Virus record (IMG/VR): IMGVR_UViG_3300005805_000105
Span: 1 to 57,103 of that record
From: a virus
Lineage: Duplodnaviria > Caudoviricetes
Reading direction: 5' to 3' (one strand)
Length of the DNA stretch: 57,103 nt
Position 1 is the stretch's first letter, and each line of letters begins with the position of its first letter. Below the pieces are notes generated by a model. That model was not told the DNA's origin. It did no database searches and worked only from the letters and a program-made list of their open reading frames with translations. The position numbers and the translations under genes are program-made. Of this stretch, positions 30,701-39,201 are shown one piece after another.

Positions 30701-31193
30701 TAGTAACCGGAGGCAACGTAGTAGTGGTGGTGGTAGTAGTTGTAGTACCTAAAACCAAATATGCCACTATGTATAGTTTAACATTTAAAATTGCAGAAGA
30801 ACTTATTGAAGATGAGTTTCTGATTTTGATAGACACTTCGTTAACATTACTAACAAAAGCGCCAGCAAAAACTAATTCGTCTGATAATCCCTGTTCAGAT
30901 GCAATAAAGACTGCATATTTATCGTCTGTGTTGACGCCGCTTAGTGGGGCGACTATTGTATGGGTTTGATTAGAAGATATACTTGGAATATTTACGCTAA
31001 CAACAGCGTGTTTAATATCATTTGTAGAAATGAATCTATTTAAATCTTTCCAAGCATGAATTCCATCACCAATTTTGAAAATGGTGTGGTCTGTAGCAAA
31101 CGCTGGCTCACCGGAAGCCAAAACTGGGTTAGCAGCGTCAAGATCTGCAAGTTCTCCACGCCTAATATGTATATTTTTATAACTAGCAGCCAC
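27756..31193 (-). CDS. Large virion protein: Mtd_N-type anchor, RCC1 repeats, FN3, LamG
   Basis: NPVLASGEPAF..KIGDG; many FGxNxxGQLG and AGxxHSL repeats; YQFRVAARN; WHHVAWVRSG..LYIDG..IDEVRIS. Confidence 0.8.
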   Translation of the reverse strand: MAASYKNIHIRRGELADLDAANPVLASGEPAFATDHTIFKIGDGIHAWKDLNRFISTNDIKHAVVSVNIPSISSNQTHTIVAPLSGVNTDDKYAVFIASEQGLSDELVFAGAFVSNVNEVSIKIRNSSSISSSAILNVKLYIVAYLVLGTTTTTTTTTTLPPVTNSVYTFGYNEFGQLGTGDEQQRNQPVLITGNKKWKTFSVGHYHTVGIDYYDDLYTFGYNYYGQLGLNNIGAGTNRSVPQKVSGVYIDTCLHSNTPKWKKLSAGAYHTLAIDSNDKLYAFGSNAHGCLGVGDGEYREQPVLVGSKVHYLPFSNIEQVDVQNALYTFASASNGYNCPHRFIMPSGTYVISGVPQDYAMAILNQGKTNIISYSGEFLAASSVVTGTEADGTYGFVYGNVTINVSGNYDKVSLYSIADGYAGAENLFHYQDPNADWQEIAAGNYHSLAIKSGELYSFGHNAFGQLGTGDVTNRNEPQRVGTKTNWVKVAAGNYHSLALDSSGDVWSFGNNNYGQLGLGDTNNRLNPTKIVSDWKLLDCYEWSNLARSGSLYVTDNKYILNYSVGKTYDEQDRYLLSSGQYVISGVPSGFAIAVLNDGKQDLISYSGSDLRGSKSVTNTTANGTYNFYYGTVTVNVSGDFEKVSIYSYNNGYMGGENLLYYDKPSSVWVDIAAGIDFSLLRNNRNEIWSFGKNTYGQLGTSDQLQRILPTKLPSSDWIDMDAGGNHSIIINSKKEAWAFGHNNHGQLGLGDNIDRNEPTKINSRIRWMSAHTGGNHSLMTVFSYLPNAPTNVVPKNANTSLLAGSRDIFLSWDLAQSEEQGVLDYYIQYLKSGESEWTDVVEIHPTTKSCIITGLENNINYQFRVAARNYVGIGAYSTPTANIMPIEATDDNYCDTILLTHLDGELYGSDFEDISKNSWTPEPVGSIYTWTPTYKFGGASLFLDGNNSIGLFFGSGTAMNLPSGVNSTVECFFRVNQFTGNPQVLMAGNFSSAPVTDNATWKMYVDDGSLFVEYTKNTLNQGNNFVEEKVTMFNATNSVLSNKWHHVAWVRSGNTNALYIDGSRKSLFSTPTFAYTHDGIDIGCMSSITDGIRIGTQGFIGQIDEVRISNRARYSGTSFPLPERSFGSGICTTTTTTTTTTTTISP

Positions 31194-32120
31194 TTAGAAT
31201 ACCTCGTTAATAGTCCAAGCGACTTGTCTCGCTGGAAAGCCATCCACATCGCTAAATACCCAAGCGCCATTTTGTGATAACATTTCTCCAGCATCTCGCT
31301 CCCTAATCCAAAAACTTCCATCCGGCTGATTGTGTCGCTTTGGTCCAGCATTCCATACGCCCCAAGAATTTTGTACTAAGAATAATGTTTCTTTATATAC
31401 TTCATGAGTATCATCCATGCCAACCCAAGCCATAGCGTGCGCCCAAGATCCACTTCTTTTAGCTATGCCATTTTGATCTCTCTTAGAACTAAAACCAGCC
31501 ATACTACAAACAGAAATTGAATATCCATTTGCAATAGCATCTCTAGCCTGCTCAATTGTATTTACTAAACTAATTGTTTTTACTTGGTGCTTCTTCGCCT
31601 CTTGTACTAATTCGTCTGGAACTCCGCGACTTCCCCACCTACCGCCAATAGCGCTATATTTACTTAAATCATATTCGCCATATTGTTGTCTAAGTAAAAT
31701 GCCGCCAGTTTGATGTACAAATCTAGCAGCGACAGAGCATGACATGCCTTCACCGCCATGACCTCTCGCTCCATAAATTGCTTCAGTAGCGCTTCTAGTA
31801 ATAAAATCTTCTTTTTGTCCACCTATAATTTCATGGCTTCGTGTTGCATCTACTGCATTACGTGTTGCATGGCTGACACAATCGCCCTGTACCTGTCTTT
31901 CATGTGCGCCGAAAGTGGGGTCAAATTTTACCACACTATTATATAGTAGTGCTAACTTGCCCTTACCAGAGCCATATAAATTATGGGCGGCAGCGCCGAA
32001 AAGGGGATGAGGAAGCTCACCAAGAAGCTTGTCCACATCCTCTGGATCGCACCATGAGCCTACAAAACCATCTTTATACGCTTTTAATAAATCCCTTGGT
32101 GTATCAAACATATTTATCAC
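31194..32120 (-). CDS. Papain-like (C1) cysteine peptidase
   Basis: RQVQGDCVSHA (Gln/Cys), WAHAM (His), QNSWG (Asn). Confidence 0.85.
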   Translation of the reverse strand: MINMFDTPRDLLKAYKDGFVGSWCDPEDVDKLLGELPHPLFGAAAHNLYGSGKGKLALLYNSVVKFDPTFGAHERQVQGDCVSHATRNAVDATRSHEIIGGQKEDFITRSATEAIYGARGHGGEGMSCSVAARFVHQTGGILLRQQYGEYDLSKYSAIGGRWGSRGVPDELVQEAKKHQVKTISLVNTIEQARDAIANGYSISVCSMAGFSSKRDQNGIAKRSGSWAHAMAWVGMDDTHEVYKETLFLVQNSWGVWNAGPKRHNQPDGSFWIRERDAGEMLSQNGAWVFSDVDGFPARQVAWTINEVF

Positions 32121-32329
32121 TATTCCTTAGTTACATTGCCCTTGGCCCACTTAACTACTGAATCAATGACCACTGTTACCACTGGAACCATAAGAACGCC
32201 AGTTGCACCAAGGTCAAGATTGGCTAAATTTTCACCTACATAAGTAAGAACTGCGGCTAGGCCAACAAGCACCGCATTTTTTACTAATGAAACGACATCT
32301 TTCTGATCTAAAGCATATTTGGCTGACAT
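32120..32329 (-). CDS. Small 2-TM protein, holin-like
   Basis: 69 aa, two hydrophobic helices, charged C-terminus. Confidence 0.55.
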   Translation of the reverse strand: MSAKYALDQKDVVSLVKNAVLVGLAAVLTYVGENLANLDLGATGVLMVPVVTVVIDSVVKWAKGNVTKE

Positions 32330-32331
32330 AA

Positions 32332-32934
32332 TTATACCTCATTTGTTGCAGAAGACACACTAACTAAAAAACCTCCCTGTTCCGATTCCGTAATACGATA
32401 CGGATATCCTATCATTTTAATTATCATACCGTCTGTTGTTTTGGTTTCTCTGCTGAACTTTCTATTCATTTGTAAACAAGATCTAAATTCTTCTAATAAG
32501 TCTTCTCTATCGTCCTCGTCTATAAATGATAACCAATCATAACCTTCGATAAGTCCATTAGAGTGTTCTTTAAAAAATCTACAGAAATTAGCATTGTTCC
32601 AGATTAATCTACCATTATGATCTGTTTCGAATAAAGCTGCACTGCTATAGTGCATAGAAGCTTTTGTTCTTTGTTCACCTATGCGTTGTCTAGTTTCGAT
32701 TCTGTTGCATATTTGTCTTAAATCTAATATAGCATCTTTAAGACTATTGCCACCATTGGTCATAAGCTCTTTTCTAATAGCATCTATAGAGCTTTTGAAG
32801 TCATCTTGATGCTGTAGAAGTTTTACTAGTGGCTTAATAACCTTTACCCATGCTAAACTGAGCAAAGTACCTGCACCACCTAATAAGCTTACAATAATAG
32901 TTACATACTCAGTATTTGGAACGTCTAGCACCAT
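32332..32934 (-). CDS. Single-TM, coiled-coil and PAS-domain protein
   Basis: N-terminal TM; NGGNSLKDA; LFETDHNGRLIWNN..F..GYDWLSFIDEDDRE PAS signature. Confidence 0.75.
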   Translation of the reverse strand: MVLDVPNTEYVTIIVSLLGGAGTLLSLAWVKVIKPLVKLLQHQDDFKSSIDAIRKELMTNGGNSLKDAILDLRQICNRIETRQRIGEQRTKASMHYSSAALFETDHNGRLIWNNANFCRFFKEHSNGLIEGYDWLSFIDEDDREDLLEEFRSCLQMNRKFSRETKTTDGMIIKMIGYPYRITESEQGGFLVSVSSATNEV

Positions 32935-32958
32935 TACACCTTTCTATAAAAGCGTGAC

Positions 32959-32992
32959 AGATTAACCGCCCCCTTTCGGGGGCGATTTATCT
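32959..32992 (-). terminator. Strong GAAA-capped stem-loop after 33008..33643
   Basis: AGATAAATCGCCCCC-GAAA-GGGGGCGGTTAATCT; no adjacent U tract, so it may be a stability/processing hairpin. Confidence 0.6.
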
Positions 32993-33007
32993 AAATGCTA
33001 TACCAAA

Positions 33008-33643
33008 TTAAGCTTCGTAACTATCTCTTGCCTTATAATCTGAGCTTGTTGGCTTTGCTAGGCCACCAAAGTGATAAGTAAGTTCACCGGGAACCGCTCT
33101 GGTTGGAGTAGCAGCATCATCTGTGGCGGCTGTTGTGCCGTCCACTTGTACGAAATTGCTAGCATTGCCAGCGCCAGTACCCTTTGTTCTACCGGGAACC
33201 ATGTCTGTGGATGGTCTGGCAAGAACATTGAACTTGGCATCAGAGTATGAACCAATCTTACGAGTACCAACGACAGAGTGTACCTTATTAACTGTTCTTA
33301 CTCCATATTCTGAAGCTGGCGAAGAAAGAACTGTGCTATTAGCATTATTAACCTTGCCAGAAGTATCACCAGCGCCTCTTAAAAGGAAATTTCTTTCACC
33401 TTCTTGAGCGTTGGGATAATAGGCTAGGCCAGCACCGCCACTCTTTGCCACTGAAACGCCAGCATAATCATTGCTAGTGCCTACTTTTGCTACAACTTGT
33501 GAACCATATGTGCCATCGACATGTAGTTCATTGATAGCAATTACATTTGTAATTGGGTTATCAGAACCGACATTACCAGCACCAATAACTGTGCCGCCAT
33601 TGTTTACAGTAGATCCAGAACCTTTTGCAGTAGTGGTTGCCAT
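33008..33643 (-). CDS. Gly/Ser/Thr-rich protein, probably virion structural
   Basis: Composition, strong RBS, own promoter motif and 3' hairpin. Confidence 0.55.
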   Translation of the reverse strand: MATTTAKGSGSTVNNGGTVIGAGNVGSDNPITNVIAINELHVDGTYGSQVVAKVGTSNDYAGVSVAKSGGAGLAYYPNAQEGERNFLLRGAGDTSGKVNNANSTVLSSPASEYGVRTVNKVHSVVGTRKIGSYSDAKFNVLARPSTDMVPGRTKGTGAGNASNFVQVDGTTAATDDAATPTRAVPGELTYHFGGLAKPTSSDYKARDSYEA

Positions 33644-33711
33644 AATATAATTTCTCCTAATTAATGTGTGAATATATGTCCACTTCCTGAAAAGTCCTAG
33701 TCCTAACTATT

Positions 33712-33718
33712 TATACAC
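33712..33718 (-). promoter_or_regulatory. GTGTATW candidate phage promoter motif (one of 8 copies upstream of genes)
   Basis: Others at 1308-1314, 3752-3758, 21087-21093, 27745-27751, 47564-47570, 50818-50824, 51588-51594. Confidence 0.6.
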
Positions 33719-34195
33719 TTAAACGAACTTGTTTTTAAAAGTTTTTGCTATTTTTTTGATCTTTTTACGCACAGTTTCACGGCTAACGTTGCGTTTATCT
33801 GCAATCTCCTGAATAGTCATATTACTCATTTTATCAAGTATTAGATCTCTATCCTCGTCTGTTTTTAGCTCATCTAGAAGATCTACTAAGAAAAATGAGT
33901 CCCTATTACTAGATATATTATCATGTAATTTATTTCCGCACCTTTGGGACTTGTTTTTAAATTTTGTCTCCTTTAGACACTCAATAAATACGCCATTATA
34001 TAGATAAGTTGTAAATTTAGTCTGCTTTTCTGGCTTAAAGTGCAGAAACGCCTTCCATAGAGCATTTAGCTGGCAAGTATAAATAGTGTCTGGATCTAGC
34101 TGCTTACTAAAACGGCTAGATGCCTTATTCATAATCTTTACTATATCCTTGTTTTTGAGAGCATTTTCAATTTTATTATCAATAGTTTCTGTCAT
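33719..34195 (-). CDS. Phage-encoded sigma70-family factor (regions 2 and 4 only)
   Basis: ALWKAF.HFKPEK..KFTTYL region 2; TIQEIADKRNVSRETVRK region 4 HTH. Confidence 0.8.
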   Translation of the reverse strand: MTETIDNKIENALKNKDIVKIMNKASSRFSKQLDPDTIYTCQLNALWKAFLHFKPEKQTKFTTYLYNGVFIECLKETKFKNKSQRCGNKLHDNISSNRDSFFLVDLLDELKTDEDRDLILDKMSNMTIQEIADKRNVSRETVRKKIKKIAKTFKNKFV

Positions 34196-34620
34196 TCTGT
34201 TTCTCCTTTAGGAATAATCGCTTTTTCAATATTTTTACGTACTTCTTTGAAATCAAACATATTACCAATTCCAATAAAGAATCTATATCTACTACATACC
34301 TTAAGTAACTCAATACCCTCAACAGAGTCAAGTTTATCTTTTACTTTAGGTGTAATATCAAAATTGGTATGACCAATCCAACAATCAAAATTCGATAACA
34401 TGGCAAGATCATCCATTAACTGTGCTGAAAGTGGCACCATTAATGGCCCATGCATATCTACTGCTTCTTCTTCGTGTTCGTCGCCGTCTTCCATGTCTTG
34501 TGCCATAGCAGACATTTTCGAACTAACATGTTCCATAATAATATTCATAAGTGGGGATGAGAGTTGTTTCTCTACGAAATCTTCGTACTTTTGCCAGCCT
34601 ATTTTAAGGGTCTTCTTCAT
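34192..34620 (-). CDS. Hypothetical protein
   Basis: Intact coupled ORF (WIGHTNFDIT..RYRFFIGIG). Confidence 0.6.
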   Translation of the reverse strand: MKKTLKIGWQKYEDFVEKQLSSPLMNIIMEHVSSKMSAMAQDMEDGDEHEEEAVDMHGPLMVPLSAQLMDDLAMLSNFDCWIGHTNFDITPKVKDKLDSVEGIELLKVCSRYRFFIGIGNMFDFKEVRKNIEKAIIPKGETE

Positions 34621-34633
34621 GATCGCTCCTTTG

Positions 34634-35023
34634 CTATCTTAGCATATCGGAAGGCTTGATACAAGGCTTGTCCTTTCCGCTCTCCTTATAAGCGTTCATC
34701 ATTTTTTTACTGGCAATCTCACCAAGATTGATTAATAATTTTAGTAAAATATCCTGTTTACCATCTTTTACAAGACCGTCTTTGATCATTTCTACTGTTT
34801 CGACAAAGCATACGTCAGTAGATAAAGTTTTTAGTAGAACAGTCAAACTTTCAAGTGATTCATTATCGTAGTCATCTAGCGATATATCAATCATTGGTCC
34901 TTGACCATTTAGCATATAATATGTAATAGATGCTTCTGGTTGATTAACTTCTTTTGACTGCGACTCAGTTTCTTCAATAGTAGATTTTTTACGGAAAAAA
35001 TTAAAGAGATTTGATAATTTCAT
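34634..35023 (-). CDS. Hypothetical protein
   Basis: Start moved to MKLSNL to reduce overlap. Confidence 0.55.
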   Translation of the reverse strand: MKLSNLFNFFRKKSTIEETESQSKEVNQPEASITYYMLNGQGPMIDISLDDYDNESLESLTVLLKTLSTDVCFVETVEMIKDGLVKDGKQDILLKLLINLGEIASKKMMNAYKESGKDKPCIKPSDMLR

Positions 35024-36074
35024 TAGTTGTGTTTTCCCAAGTGTATTTTTTAGCTGTGATAATACCAGCCTCATTGTCTGCAAGTGCGCCCTGAGATTTT
35101 AAATTATGAATATGGCGCAAATATTCAACAGCTTGATTTTTTTGTTGATCTCCTAATTTAGCCCACTTACCATATTTACCATGAAACCACTGTCCATCAT
35201 ACGCAACTTCGTACTCATTAATGTCTATAAGTAAGGAGTTTTCTTGATTACAAAACTCTGTATGGGCTGAATAATTAGTGGCTATTACGTTCTTGCCGCA
35301 AGACATCATCTCTAACAATTCTAAGTTCCATCCTTCCGCTCTTGCTAAGAATATACCACAATCTGAATCTCTAATTATATTATACACTTGTTCCTGTGTG
35401 TCTAGCCTGTTAATAAACTTAATTTTATCGCCTAATTTTGTATTAGAATATAGTTTATGCCATAGTCCTTCATCCTGTGGAGATAAAAAGGGATTTTGAC
35501 ACATCATCCACAATTCTACATTATCTTCTGGCTCAAAAGCGGCGTTAAATACATCTACTAAAACATCATGGCCTTTTCTAATTTCCCACTTTCCACACGT
35601 AAAAAAGATAGTTTTATCACTTTCTTGGGATTCTTCCTTGGGTTCATATCTAAAAATATCTCTATCTACGCCCAATGGAATGACATATACGTGTTCGGGA
35701 TCTATGTTAATAGATGATGTAACTACATTCTTAGCCCAGTGTGAGCATACAAAAATATAATCTAATGTTCCAAGCTGGTGCTTCTCTATAGGATTAAATT
35801 CATCTAATTCAAAAATAGGAAAGCCAATATGTTTGCCTTTACCAACAAATTGTGCCATATCATGCTGATGCCATATTCTAATGCAATGATCGTTAATATC
35901 AAACAATTTGGCATTATTGATAGCTTCAGATATAGCCCTTGCGTCTTCTGAGCAAGTCACTTGTGGCTGACCAATGGGCCATAGGGCGACCTTTTGTTTC
36001 TTAGATAAAGACTTAACAACATTAAGTCCGGTAATTCCATAGCCAAGTTGATTGATAGGACTAATAATATTCAT
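35001..36074 (-). CDS. Glycosyltransferase family 4 (GT-B)
   Basis: VIPLGVD, RKGHDVL, EGWNLELLEMMSCG. Confidence 0.85.
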   Translation of the reverse strand: MNIISPINQLGYGITGLNVVKSLSKKQKVALWPIGQPQVTCSEDARAISEAINNAKLFDINDHCIRIWHQHDMAQFVGKGKHIGFPIFELDEFNPIEKHQLGTLDYIFVCSHWAKNVVTSSINIDPEHVYVIPLGVDRDIFRYEPKEESQESDKTIFFTCGKWEIRKGHDVLVDVFNAAFEPEDNVELWMMCQNPFLSPQDEGLWHKLYSNTKLGDKIKFINRLDTQEQVYNIIRDSDCGIFLARAEGWNLELLEMMSCGKNVIATNYSAHTEFCNQENSLLIDINEYEVAYDGQWFHGKYGKWAKLGDQQKNQAVEYLRHIHNLKSQGALADNEAGIITAKKYTWENTTNEIIKSL

Positions 36075-36083
36075 GATATTCCT

Positions 36084-36761
36084 TTAATGTATTAATGACA
36101 TAGCGACTGTATTAAACTCGCCATGGAAACCAAAAGATCTATATGTACTTAAATCATTTCTATTAAATGGCTTAGTATCCAAAGGGTGTTCAATAGAAAA
36201 CTGTGAAGCTAAAATCTTATTAGCAAACTTAATATGTTGTTTCAGCATATAATCATAATTATGCACACACAAAAACCAATCTTCTGTTGTGGCTAAAGTT
36301 CCTCCCGGTATATTAGGTTGAAACTTAATATTAGGATTATATATTAGTTTTGATGAAGCTTGCAAAAATTTCTTACTTCTTAATGAGAATCCACCATTAC
36401 CTACTGAATTGATTACTTTAGGATCTGGCCACGGAGCGCCTATATAATCATATTTAGTAAAATTAACATTCCATCTAGATGGATCAATAATAAATCCATC
36501 GTGCTGTACCGTAAGACAAAACTCAGTATCAATATACTTATTTAGCTCTTCTACAAAGAAAAGATTGTATTGTGTCTTATTTACTTCAGGAATATAAATA
36601 GATTCTGCATCCTTGTGTTGCTTATGTACGCACGTAAATATCTTTATCTTATCAAATTCAATAAGACTAGTACAATGATCTACCGCTTTAATGGTAGCAT
36701 CATAATATGCTGGATTACCAATAAATGTTACAAGTGTAAGTGTAAAATTATCTAATTTCAT
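36084..36761 (-). CDS. DUF5672-like GT-A protein
   Basis: QHDGFI..W...YDYIGAPW..VGNGGFSLRS..ED..FGFH. Confidence 0.75.
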   Translation of the reverse strand: MKLDNFTLTLVTFIGNPAYYDATIKAVDHCTSLIEFDKIKIFTCVHKQHKDAESIYIPEVNKTQYNLFFVEELNKYIDTEFCLTVQHDGFIIDPSRWNVNFTKYDYIGAPWPDPKVINSVGNGGFSLRSKKFLQASSKLIYNPNIKFQPNIPGGTLATTEDWFLCVHNYDYMLKQHIKFANKILASQFSIEHPLDTKPFNRNDLSTYRSFGFHGEFNTVAMSLIH

Positions 36762-37304
36762 TTATAGCTCACTAAAGAAAAACCAACGAGATAGTGTTCT
36801 AGTGTCCTCTATTTTATCTATATGTCTTAAGTGATTGATCACTTCTTCCATAGAACTAAAGATTTGCTCATGTGGAAGCATAAAAAATAACCAATTGGGC
36901 GCTTTGCTTTTCCCTTGCTCACACCAAATCAATATAGGCTTTTTTTGCCTATTAGCTGTTACGATTTCTTCGTATGTCCCGCAGGCGTGTGTGTCTATAT
37001 CTATATGTGCAATAATAAAATCGCAAATATCTACGCATCTTAGGTCTGCATTGCGTATGATTCCATAATGATGTCTGATTTTATCATATTGGCCCGTTTC
37101 TTTATAGTACTCAATCCAGTGTCGAGTTTCTGCATCCTCCTTTACGGTAGTTGTTGGTTTCTTACATGGATTAAGCACCTTAACATTCATATTCTCTAGA
37201 ATTGGAGTTATTCTGTCTCTCCATTGTTCTCCACCGTCTGGAACCCTGTCCATGGCACCAACTAGATAAGTACGCATACCATATAGATTATTTTTCGAAC
37301 CCAT
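36762..37304 (-). CDS. Nucleoside 2-deoxyribosyltransferase/N-glycosidase-like protein
   Basis: YLVGAM, W, LNP, DL..VD.CD, GTYEE, KP. Confidence 0.75.
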   Translation of the reverse strand: MGSKNNLYGMRTYLVGAMDRVPDGGEQWRDRITPILENMNVKVLNPCKKPTTTVKEDAETRHWIEYYKETGQYDKIRHHYGIIRNADLRCVDICDFIIAHIDIDTHACGTYEEIVTANRQKKPILIWCEQGKSKAPNWLFFMLPHEQIFSSMEEVINHLRHIDKIEDTRTLSRWFFFSEL

Positions 37305-37695
37305 TGTCAATGCTCCACCAGAGTTTATTGATACCTAAAGCACTTATAATTTGTTCACACTTTTCGCAGGGTTTACTGCATCTTAATTGTCCACGCTTAT
37401 TAAGTCTTAGAACAACCATTTTTAAACTACTATCAATGTAGTGTCTACCCCACAGGCGAGAAATTAAATCTGTTTCCGCGTGTAGATATGGATGCTCAAT
37501 GTTCAAATTAAATCTTTGTGAAAGCATTAAAGCTTGTGTATGTGTTTTCTCTGGATTGTTTTGTCCTATTGCCAAGAGTCTATTTTTCTTAAATCCAAAT
37601 GCAAAATGGAAAAACTTATTTTTTGTATTTCTAGCCATCTTTGCTTTAGGAAGAAGGCTAAGAGATATATCGTATGCTTGATCAAGTATATTCAT
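37288..37695 (-). CDS. Zn-dependent cytidine deaminase-like protein
   Basis: LHAE...SKPCEKC. Confidence 0.8.
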   Translation of the reverse strand: MNILDQAYDISLSLLPKAKMARNTKNKFFHFAFGFKKNRLLAIGQNNPEKTHTQALMLSQRFNLNIEHPYLHAETDLISRLWGRHYIDSSLKMVVLRLNKRGQLRCSKPCEKCEQIISALGINKLWWSIDNGFEK

Positions 37696-38156
37696 GCTTT
37701 AAAAGTTATATCCTTAATAAATTGAATAATATCAGGGTTTGTATTGTTTTTCAAATAATCTTCCACTAATTTCTTGGCCTCTCTTTTCTTGTATCCAATT
37801 GCTACAAGTGTTTCATAACAATCTTTTGCAAGATCTTGAATCGTAGGCTTCGTGTTCTTTGGTGTTACTACTTCCTCTGGAGTTTCATCGAGGATAACGC
37901 TAGCAACCTCTTGAGTGTTAATAGGTCTACGTTGTTGCTTTTTAGTTGGCTTACGAACTGTTTTGGCGGGAGCGTTAGCAAAACTAATTGTATAGTTAAT
38001 AGGTTGACTCACTGTTTGTGTGGGCTTATCATATATAATACCTAAGTCAAGCATATCTACATTCTGTCTCTTTCCATTAAAGAAAAAATAGAAAAAGAAG
38101 AATAGGAAAAGACCAGTGAATATATTAACTGTAGTATTAGACGGTTGTGGATTCAT
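37692..38156 (-). CDS. TM protein with RuvA C-terminal-like domain
   Basis: Phe-rich TM; DCYETLVAIGYKKREAKKLV. Confidence 0.5.
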   Translation of the reverse strand: MNPQPSNTTVNIFTGLFLFFFFYFFFNGKRQNVDMLDLGIIYDKPTQTVSQPINYTISFANAPAKTVRKPTKKQQRRPINTQEVASVILDETPEEVVTPKNTKPTIQDLAKDCYETLVAIGYKKREAKKLVEDYLKNNTNPDIIQFIKDITFKA

Positions 38157-38177
38157 AATGTTCTCCTCGTTCAAACT

Positions 38178-38206
38178 ATTATACATCATGTATCGGCAAG
38201 CGTCAA
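38178..38206 (-). promoter_or_regulatory. sigma70-type promoter
   Basis: TTGACG-17-TATAAT. Confidence 0.7.
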
Positions 38207-38217
38207 GCCCCTACATA

Positions 38218-38256
38218 AATAAAAACGGCCCGACAGCAATTACGCTTATCGGGCCG
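38218..38256 (-). terminator. Intrinsic terminator after ssb
   Basis: CGGCCCGA...TCGGGCCG stem followed by TTTTTATT. Confidence 0.75.
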
Positions 38257-38279
38257 CTTGAGAAGGCTTTTAGTTGTTA

Positions 38280-38615
38280 TCAGTCACTGTCCTTGTCCTG
38301 CGTAGAGGAACCTGAAGGCCCAAGAGAAATTTCGTCTGCCATTACGCAAACGGAATTACGTGGATTTCCTTCCTTATCTTGATAATCATCAATCTTGATT
38401 TTGCCTTGAACCCCAACTAGCCTACCCTTCTTCAGATGATCCTTGAGAGCCTCTGCCATCTTGCCAAAGCACAAGACGTTAAGGTACAAGGTATCATCAT
38501 TTCTACGATCATTTACAGCCATGCGAAACTTAGCCATAGATGTACCCTTTTGGGTTGTATTAAATTCCGCATCCTTTGTTAGCCTACCGCAACCAAGCCA
38601 CGTATTAATATTCAT
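38280..38615 (-). CDS. ssb: Single-stranded DNA-binding protein
   Basis: GRLTKDAE, FRMAVN, FGKMAE, LKKG..V.VQG. Confidence 0.92.
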   Translation of the reverse strand: MNINTWLGCGRLTKDAEFNTTQKGTSMAKFRMAVNDRRNDDTLYLNVLCFGKMAEALKDHLKKGRLVGVQGKIKIDDYQDKEGNPRNSVCVMADEISLGPSGSSTQDKDSD

Positions 38616-38619
38616 GCTA

Positions 38620-38940
38620 TCATACCTCCAGTACAGAACGAATTCTACCTCTTAAAACTTGCGCATTACCACGATTATAACTACTAGCCGTGGCGTTATA
38701 TACATTTTCAGCAAAAGACTTATTGAATCCCAAAAGTCTACCAGCTAGAATTGTATCTCTCTTGTTGTCACTAAAAAGACCAAACCCAGCCTTGTGTGCC
38801 AATGCTGTAATTGGATTTAGTCGAAAACCCTTAAATGGTCCACTCTGAAGAAATGCAACTACACGATTATCTTCAGTGATATCCCAGTGATAGGATGATG
38901 AAACATTAAGTAAACGCTTAAAAAAATCAATAAATGTCAT
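38620..38940 (-). CDS. Hypothetical protein
   Basis: Intact ORF with GGAG RBS. Confidence 0.6.
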   Translation of the reverse strand: MTFIDFFKRLLNVSSSYHWDITEDNRVVAFLQSGPFKGFRLNPITALAHKAGFGLFSDNKRDTILAGRLLGFNKSFAENVYNATASSYNRGNAQVLRGRIRSVLEV

Positions 38941-38942
38941 AA

Positions 38943-39152
38943 TTAATCTCCTAAATACTGCTTTGCCTGTTCTACATTATCTACTTTCGTACTTGATGCT
39001 CGGCTTTTGTTAAGTTCGTCAACGCCTCGCTGCAAGTATTCAGTAAGCTTGCTAATCTCCTGATCAATTGCTGACTTTTGGTTTTGCAAGTCTCCAATTG
39101 CTTTTTGTACTGTTTGTAAGTGTGCTTCAGCCATTTGTTCTACCGTTGTCAT
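38943..39152 (-). CDS. Small coiled-coil protein
   Basis: Heptad pattern; AAGGAG RBS. Confidence 0.6.
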   Translation of the reverse strand: MTTVEQMAEAHLQTVQKAIGDLQNQKSAIDQEISKLTEYLQRGVDELNKSRASSTKVDNVEQAKQYLGD

Positions 39153-39172
39153 ATTTTCTCCTTGTTTAAACT

Positions 39173-39201
39173 ATTATAGCATACTACTCATGTCTTTGCA
39201 A
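39173..39201 (-). promoter_or_regulatory. sigma70-type promoter
   Basis: TTGCAA-17-TATAAT with TGn extension. Confidence 0.65.

Noticed and set aside
27219-31193. Diversity-generating retroelement suggested by Mtd_N-type anchors
   Set aside because: No reverse transcriptase and no TR/VR pair with A-specific mismatches seen in the window
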